From NCBI RefSeq assembly GCF_900232105.1, contig NZ_LT934425.1, positions 3,270,001 to 3,302,000 of the forward strand: a DNA stretch of 32,000 bases, given 5' to 3'. Made by a program: the position numbers and the translations under genes. How positions within the stretch are numbered: position 1 is the first letter of the stretch; each line of letters opens with the position of its first letter. The notes under the pieces were generated by a model. That model worked only from the letters and a program-made list of their open reading frames with translations, was not told the origin of the DNA and searched no databases. This DNA is from Candidatus Kuenenia stuttgartensis. Its GTDB lineage: Bacteria; Planctomycetota; Brocadiia; Brocadiales; Brocadiaceae. Below are positions 26,272 to 32,000 of this stretch, in pieces.

Positions 26272-28410
26272 TTATGTTACCGTCCGTCCTGGCAGGTAAA
26301 TTGTAAATGCAGTCCCTGCCTTTGAACTCTGGCAGTTAATAGAACCATTCATGGAAGAAACCAGATTTTTTACAATGCTAAGTCCAAGTCCGGAATGGTT
26401 TCCCCCCTTTGTACTATGCACGGGCGTAAAGAGGCTCTGAAGGATATGTTCCGGTATGCCAGGTCCGTTGTCCTTTATTATTATTTCGACGAAAGGCTTG
26501 CCGTCTATAGTAACATTGTCTCTTGTAGATGCGTGGATTTGTCCGCCTTTCTGCATGGTTTCTACAGCGTTTTTCAGGAGGTTTATCATTACTTGTTTCA
26601 GGGCAGTCCCATTTGTTTGAAGAGGCAGCATTGATGTATCAAGGTCAAGTTGATACTCAATGTTATTGGTGATGAATAAGGATTGTTTAAAAATGAGAAA
26701 GGTATCACTAATCAATGTGTTTACATCGATACCTCCATTTTCAACCGTGCCGGAATTAACGTCAGAAAACCGCAAAAGAATTTTACCTGCCCGGTCAATT
26801 TCTTCTTTTATAATCTGCAGCTCTTTTTGAATATTCGAATTACTTCTCAGTTTATGCCCTAACATTTCCAAATAGATTTTAACAATACATAAAGGGTTAC
26901 TGGCTTCGTGTATTATTTCTCTTATCTTTTTTGACAATTCATGGGATTCGGTATTTGAGGCGGATTTTTTCCCTGAAATATTTGATTCAAACTTTTTGAT
27001 AAAGAGTCCTGTCTCCGCCGCAAAAAGCTCCAATAGCCGCTGTTGATCATTATGGCGAGTTTGATAGTTTTTATCTGCGCCGATAACTAACGCTCCTATG
27101 AATTCATCGTCTGCAACTAACGGCAGGCATACTATTCCGTCAGAGTGTGATAGTCGTATCAGTTGCCGGTCGATAATACTCAGTTTGGAGGCACTTTCAG
27201 TGAAAGACGAAGTTATGCGGTTTTGTAACAAGGCGTTTGCAACCAGGCTTCTGCCGGATTCAACAGCGATTAAAAGTTTATCCGGCCTTTTAACAAACTC
27301 ATTGCCGTTTCCGGTAAGGTTGGCTTTTAAGGTATTTGCGGGTGCATCGTAAAGAAATATATGACAATTATCCAGTCCAAACAAAAGCTTAATGGCAACC
27401 CTGATGTGTTCCAGCAAATCTGCTGTGCTTCTTGCCTGCAGGAGCTGATTTTTCGCAGAATTTATGAGGCTGATATGCTTTACTTCTTTCGCAAGTTGGG
27501 CATGTTTGTTTTGATCTGAGTCTTCAATCTTTCCTGCGTGGGTATTCTTTCCGGCAACAATATCCATTGAATTTGCGATGAGCTGCACTTCTCTTTCGGC
27601 GCTACCGGTAATTTCCCTCACCATAGGAGCTGTCAGCCCGAACAGATAGTCTGCAGTTTCAATCGTTAATTGCCGGTTTGTGTCATTTTCGCTGCTAAGT
27701 ACGCTGGCCAAATTAACTATTTTTACAAGGTGATGTGCATCTAAAATTGAATGCGCAGGTTCGTGATGATAGAGGATCGCATCTGCAGCAAAATTCTCCA
27801 GATTCCAGCCATTCACAAGCCAAAAACCCACTTCGCCGTGAGTAATCCCCATATCCTTTTTCTCTATAATTACAAGATCGTCATCGCCCTTCGCACGGTG
27901 GGCAATCTCCACATATCTTTCCGGATAACAACTTATTAAGACGAGTTGGCCTACATTATGTAGAAGGCCTGCCAGATAGGCTTCATCTGGATAGTTGTAT
28001 CCGGTTAATACAGAAAGAGACTTGGCAAGCAACGCACCGGTAAGTGAACGGTGCCAGAATGTTTTAAGAAAGGAGGTCTTTTCAGCATTAAAACCTGAGA
28101 AAAATTGATGTACTGCTGTTGTCATAGCAATCGTCTTCAGCGTTTCTACGCCAAGCGCCACCAGGGCATTGTCGATGCTGGTTATTCCTCTTCGGCGCCC
28201 GTAAAAAGCCGAATTGGCAAGACTGATTACCTGAGTGCAGAGAGCGGCTTCTCTGCGGATAAGTTCTGCAATCTCTTGAAATGAGGTATCGTTTTTATAG
28301 CAGGCATGGAGAAGTTGCAACAAACTTTGTGGAAGCGATGGGGGGGTAAATCCATGCAATTCATTCAAAATATTTTGCGATGCTTGATCGATGGTCAGCG
28401 GCATTTGCAA
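26272..28410 (-). CDS. HDOD - GAF - histidine kinase
   Basis: HDOD: LPSLPQSLLQLLHAC...EAALCTQVISLANSAFYGRRRGITSIDNALVALGVETLKTI. GAF: VCLPLVADDEFIGALVIGAD. Kinase: IIHEASNPLCIVKIYLEML...INLLKNAVETM...DNGPGIPEHI...GGNHSGLGLSIVKNLV. Confidence 0.9.
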   Translation of the reverse strand: MQMPLTIDQASQNILNELHGFTPPSLPQSLLQLLHACYKNDTSFQEIAELIRREAALCTQVISLANSAFYGRRRGITSIDNALVALGVETLKTIAMTTAVHQFFSGFNAEKTSFLKTFWHRSLTGALLAKSLSVLTGYNYPDEAYLAGLLHNVGQLVLISCYPERYVEIAHRAKGDDDLVIIEKKDMGITHGEVGFWLVNGWNLENFAADAILYHHEPAHSILDAHHLVKIVNLASVLSSENDTNRQLTIETADYLFGLTAPMVREITGSAEREVQLIANSMDIVAGKNTHAGKIEDSDQNKHAQLAKEVKHISLINSAKNQLLQARSTADLLEHIRVAIKLLFGLDNCHIFLYDAPANTLKANLTGNGNEFVKRPDKLLIAVESGRSLVANALLQNRITSSFTESASKLSIIDRQLIRLSHSDGIVCLPLVADDEFIGALVIGADKNYQTRHNDQQRLLELFAAETGLFIKKFESNISGKKSASNTESHELSKKIREIIHEASNPLCIVKIYLEMLGHKLRSNSNIQKELQIIKEEIDRAGKILLRFSDVNSGTVENGGIDVNTLISDTFLIFKQSLFITNNIEYQLDLDTSMLPLQTNGTALKQVMINLLKNAVETMQKGGQIHASTRDNVTIDGKPFVEIIIKDNGPGIPEHILQSLFTPVHSTKGGNHSGLGLSIVKNLVSSMNGSINCQSSKAGTAFTIYLPGRTVT

Positions 28411-29046
28411 TTGTCGTTAAAAAATATCAGAAAGTGTTTCTGCATTTAGACTTGGTGGGTATTAAAGCAAAACTGAATAAAATTGCAAGCATTTTCTGTT
28501 TTACTTTAATTGTATAGGAATTTTCACCTGAAAATCCTTTTTTCACACAAAGGTACTTGTCTGCGTGCGACGCACAGACAGGCGAAAAGCACAAAGAAGA
28601 TGATAAAAAAGAGAAAGATTTCTCCTACCTCTGTGGTATTTGGTACGCCAAGGAGCATATATATCAGTTTGTGCAAATGCATTCAACGGCAGGATTATTC
28701 GGAGATACAGACGTTTGAAGAGTTTTTCACGTCGAGACAGTTCCGGACGAATTGATTTGATACCAGATTATATACAAGACGTATTTATCAGTTTACACGC
28801 ATGGGAAAAATAGGGATAATATAGTCAAATAAATCTATTTTTCGAAAAAGATTAACCACTTACGAAGTTTGAACAGGATAACTTTTGTTAAATGGAAGCT
28901 AGATCTTCCAATGCAATTTAGTTCCCAGGACGGAAACTGAGAAAGAGCGTTTTTTGCTTTTTCAAAAAACTAAATAGTTACCAATACAATAAATTTAATA
29001 CTTTAATACTACCTGTACTTTTTAATCATATAAAGAGTGCTGTCAT

Positions 29047-30687
29047 ATGAAGAAAAATCATTCCACGAAAAATAGTATACGCATAAAATTGCTTATAACA
29101 ATGATAAGCTTGATTGTCGGCTTGTTGACCGTTTTAACCTTTATTCAGATTTCCACTCAAAAAATAGTCCTGAAAAAAGAATTTGGACGCAGAATCGAGC
29201 TGATGAAAAATAATCTTGTAGAGAAAGGAAAAATCTTATCAGACAATCTGGCAAGACAAACGGAAAACAATATTGCGTCGTATAACTTCTCCAATGCTGC
29301 TGAAATACTAAACAAAACAGTACATGAATACCAGGAGTTGGATTACATTATTCTGATGGATTCCTCCTGTATGGTGTACACCCATACATTACATCCTGAA
29401 TTACAGCAGGAAAAACTTTCAGGGGAGGAAGATTTATTTGCGGCAAGCCGGAGGAACCCAACTATCTATGAATTTTCAAGAAATACTACTTCGTTCATGG
29501 AAATCATTATTCCAATAAGCGTAAGTACCGAACAATGGGGAACGCTGCGCCTCGGCTTTTCCCTGAATACCCTCAACAACGAAATATTAAATTCAAGGAA
29601 TGAAATACGAAAGAAAATAGAGGAAATGGTTCTTCGGTCTGTCCTTACCTCAATTCTATTCGTTGTAATTGGTGTAATAATTGTTTATATATTATCAACC
29701 AGACTCTCTAAACCTATTGTGAAATTGACAGAATCCGCCCGTTTATTGGCTAATGGCAATTTTACTGCCGCTTTAAATCTAAAAATTACTTCAAAAGATG
29801 AAATTGGCATACTTGCAGCATCATTTATTGAAATGTCAAATAACCTGAAGGCTTCGTACGAAAAACTGGAAGAGTACAGTCACACCCTGCAACAAAAAGT
29901 TGAAGACAGAACACGGGAACTCAAGGATGCTAATCAAAAATTACAAGATCTCGATAAAGCAAAATCAGGATTCTTATCTACCGTATCACATGAACTCAGA
30001 ACCCCGCTCACGGCAATCATTGGATTCACGAACATTATTAAAAAACGATTAGATACCTTCATCTTTCCGCAAATAGAAACGAACGCAATAAAATCACAAA
30101 AGGCTATACAACAGATAAAGGAAAATATTAACATCATACTCTCGGAAGGAGAGAGGTTAACAAATTTGATTAATGACGTGCTTGACCTGGCGAAGATTGA
30201 AGCAGGCAAAATTGAATGGAAAAGGCATCAGACTTCGGTAACAGAAGTAATTATGAATGCTACAGCGGCAACCACTGCCCTTATAGAACAAAAAGGCCTT
30301 GCGCTGAATGTTGATATTGAAAAAAATATACCCGATTTTTACGGGGATAAAAACAGGTTTATACAAGTCGTGATAAACCTAATTTCCAATGCAATAAAAT
30401 TTACCGACAAAGGCGCCATCTCATGCTATGCAAAACAAACAGACAATAAAATCCAGGTTACCGTAATGGACACTGGCGTAGGGATTGCACCTGAAAATCT
30501 TGAAAAAATCTTTGACAAATTCAAACAAGTGGGTGATACGCTTACCAATAAACCTGGCGGCACCGGTCTGGGCCTCCCGATATGCAAACAGATCGTTGAA
30601 TATCATGGAGGCTCTATCCATGCAGAAAGCGAACCAAACAAAGGCACCGCATTTTCATTTACAATACCCTTGCGTGCTGATGTGTAA
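29047..30687 (+). CDS. Membrane sensor histidine kinase (HAMP, HisKA, HATPase)
   Basis: N-terminal TM IRIKLLITMISLIVGLLTVLTF, second TM VLTSILFVVIGVIIVYIL, HAMP, STVSHELRTPLTAIIGFTNII, VVINLISNAIKFTD, DTGVGIAPENL, GTGLGLPICKQIVEYHGG. Confidence 0.96.
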   Translation: MKKNHSTKNSIRIKLLITMISLIVGLLTVLTFIQISTQKIVLKKEFGRRIELMKNNLVEKGKILSDNLARQTENNIASYNFSNAAEILNKTVHEYQELDYIILMDSSCMVYTHTLHPELQQEKLSGEEDLFAASRRNPTIYEFSRNTTSFMEIIIPISVSTEQWGTLRLGFSLNTLNNEILNSRNEIRKKIEEMVLRSVLTSILFVVIGVIIVYILSTRLSKPIVKLTESARLLANGNFTAALNLKITSKDEIGILAASFIEMSNNLKASYEKLEEYSHTLQQKVEDRTRELKDANQKLQDLDKAKSGFLSTVSHELRTPLTAIIGFTNIIKKRLDTFIFPQIETNAIKSQKAIQQIKENINIILSEGERLTNLINDVLDLAKIEAGKIEWKRHQTSVTEVIMNATAATTALIEQKGLALNVDIEKNIPDFYGDKNRFIQVVINLISNAIKFTDKGAISCYAKQTDNKIQVTVMDTGVGIAPENLEKIFDKFKQVGDTLTNKPGGTGLGLPICKQIVEYHGGSIHAESEPNKGTAFSFTIPLRADV

Positions 30688-30933
30688 ACCCCTTTAGCAG
30701 GGATTCTTCATCTGATATCTATGTGCTTCCAAAGTACCCCGAAACTCTTTCTCATAGAAGCAGAACAGACTTTGTTTAAATAACATACTTTGCTTGACGA
30801 ACATGTTCTCTGTATCTATACTTAAACCGTTCATAATTTGTAATTCATCTTTTAAGCATCTTGAGTATATTATAAAAATGTGCATAATACGCTGTTTACT
30901 TTTCTGCAGCATAAAGAGGGCTAGGGAGGATTA

Positions 30934-31866
30934 ATGAAAATACTTGTCACGGGAGGCGCAGGCTTTATCGCTTCTCATTTAGTGGACAACTTAATTGCCA
31001 AAGGGCACGACGTAGTAATTGTTGATAATCTTTCCACGGGAAGAGAAGAAAACATTAATCCCAAGGCGCGGTTTTACAAAATGGATATTTGTAATGTCGC
31101 TGCCTTGGCAGACATCTTCGACAAGGAAAGGCCTGATGTAGTAAATCACCATGCTGCGCATGCTGATGTACGTAAATCGGTAGAAATGCCGGCTTACGAT
31201 GCAAATATAAACATACTCGGGTCACTGAATCTTTGTCAATTATCGATGAAATACCAGGTAAAGAAATTTATTTATGCTTCTACGGGAGGGGCAGTCTATG
31301 GAGAACCGAAGCGCATGCCTGTAACGGAGGAATCACCCATTGAACCTCTTTCCCAATACGGAGTAAGCAAGCATACGGTAGAACATTATTTGTCCGTTTT
31401 TAACAAATTATACCATATGGACTTCACTATTCTTAGATACCCAAATGTTTACGGTCCAAGACAATCACCGTATGGAGAAGCAGGCGTTGTAGCTATTTTC
31501 AGCGAACATATTTTAAATAATAAACGCCCAACAATTTTTGGGGATGGCAGTAAAACGAGGGACTATGTTTTTGTAGCAGATATTATTGAGGCAAATCTTA
31601 AAGCATTGGAAAAAGAAGGGAATGGCGAAATCTTTAATTTAGGATGGGGGCTGGAAATTCCCGATTTGGCTGTTTTTCAGGCTATTCGGGATGCCTTAAA
31701 TTCAAAAATAGAGCCTATTTTCGGAAATAAACGGAATGGAGAAATAGAACGTATATGCCTTGATAGCACTAAGGCAATAAAAATGCTTCATTGGATGCCA
31801 AAAATCAATTTTAAAGAGGGGATAAAACTATCCACTAATTACTATAAGCAATTAAAGAACGCTTAA
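30934..31866 (+). CDS. NAD-dependent epimerase/dehydratase, UDP-glucose 4-epimerase-like
   Basis: MKILVTGGAGFIASHLVDNLIAKGHDVVIVDNLSTG (GxxGxxG Rossmann), YGVSKHTVEHYLSVFNKLYHMDFTILRYPNVYGPRQ (YxxxK). Confidence 0.93.
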   Translation: MKILVTGGAGFIASHLVDNLIAKGHDVVIVDNLSTGREENINPKARFYKMDICNVAALADIFDKERPDVVNHHAAHADVRKSVEMPAYDANINILGSLNLCQLSMKYQVKKFIYASTGGAVYGEPKRMPVTEESPIEPLSQYGVSKHTVEHYLSVFNKLYHMDFTILRYPNVYGPRQSPYGEAGVVAIFSEHILNNKRPTIFGDGSKTRDYVFVADIIEANLKALEKEGNGEIFNLGWGLEIPDLAVFQAIRDALNSKIEPIFGNKRNGEIERICLDSTKAIKMLHWMPKINFKEGIKLSTNYYKQLKNA

Positions 31867-31870
31867 TTAT

Positions 31871-31893
31871 CTGGGTATGACATCCATACCCAG
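31871..31893. repeat. Hairpin immediately after the epimerase gene
   Basis: CTGGGTATG-ACATC-CATACCCAG, perfect 9-bp stem 5 nt after the stop; no clear T-tract, so terminator status is uncertain. Confidence 0.6.
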
Positions 31894-32000
31894 TGATATA
31901 CTACGAAAGATTTATAATAATTAATGGTACAGCAATTCCCCGTCTTTTATAAAAGGAGCTATCTCCAAAAAGATATTTTGCCATGCAGAAATATCTCTTG

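Noticed and set aside
30694-30912. 72-aa minus-strand ORF between the sensor kinase and epimerase genes
   Set aside because: Short, no recognisable family, and it almost completely fills a spacer that should hold the epimerase promoter; not strong enough to call.
1-32000. CRISPR arrays, retron-like, toxin-antitoxin or other defence-system signatures
   Set aside because: No regularly spaced direct repeats, reverse transcriptase, nuclease/helicase or small antitoxin-toxin pair could be recognised in the window.

Overview
This 32 kb window looks like a chromosomal region from an anaerobic-ammonium-oxidising or related planctomycete-type bacterium. That taxonomic guess is inference from gene style only. 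Contents: (i) 3' part of an HflX-type GTPase and an ATP-grasp acyl/acetate-CoA ligase (ADP-forming) subunit. (ii) Three insertion elements: IS200/IS605-type TnpA; an IS1634-type element with 21-bp perfect terminal inverted repeats; and an ISL3-type element with 39-bp near-perfect inverted repeats and an exact 8-bp target duplication. (iii) A protein with apparently duplicated Kdo/WaaP-like kinase domains. (iv) A flagellar filament locus: fliC - fliD - [ISL3 insertion] - FlgN-like - fliS - flaG on the + strand, then a GT2+TPR glycosyltransferase, a second flagellin and a GAF-HD-GYP protein on the - strand. (v) Two tandem-duplicated LuxR-type HTH regulators next to a polyprenyl glycosylphosphotransferase. 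(vi) A cluster of signalling proteins, several linked to c-di-GMP: GAF-GGDEF-(PilZ-like), PilZ, REC-PAS-G(A)DEF-EAL, HDOD-GAF-histidine kinase and a HAMP-histidine kinase. (vii) A GalE-like epimerase. I found no CRISPR array, rRNA, tRNA or recognisable anti-phage system. The most interesting items are a possible -1 frameshift site (A AAA AAA) in the ISL3 transposase, the exact TSD showing an IS insertion between fliD and the filament chaperone genes, a well-spaced sigma-28-type promoter before fliC, the double WaaP-like kinase, the duplicated LuxR pair with an unfamiliar N-terminal domain, a putative GGDEF-PilZ fusion, and structured leader regions upstream of the PilZ and glycosyltransferase genes.
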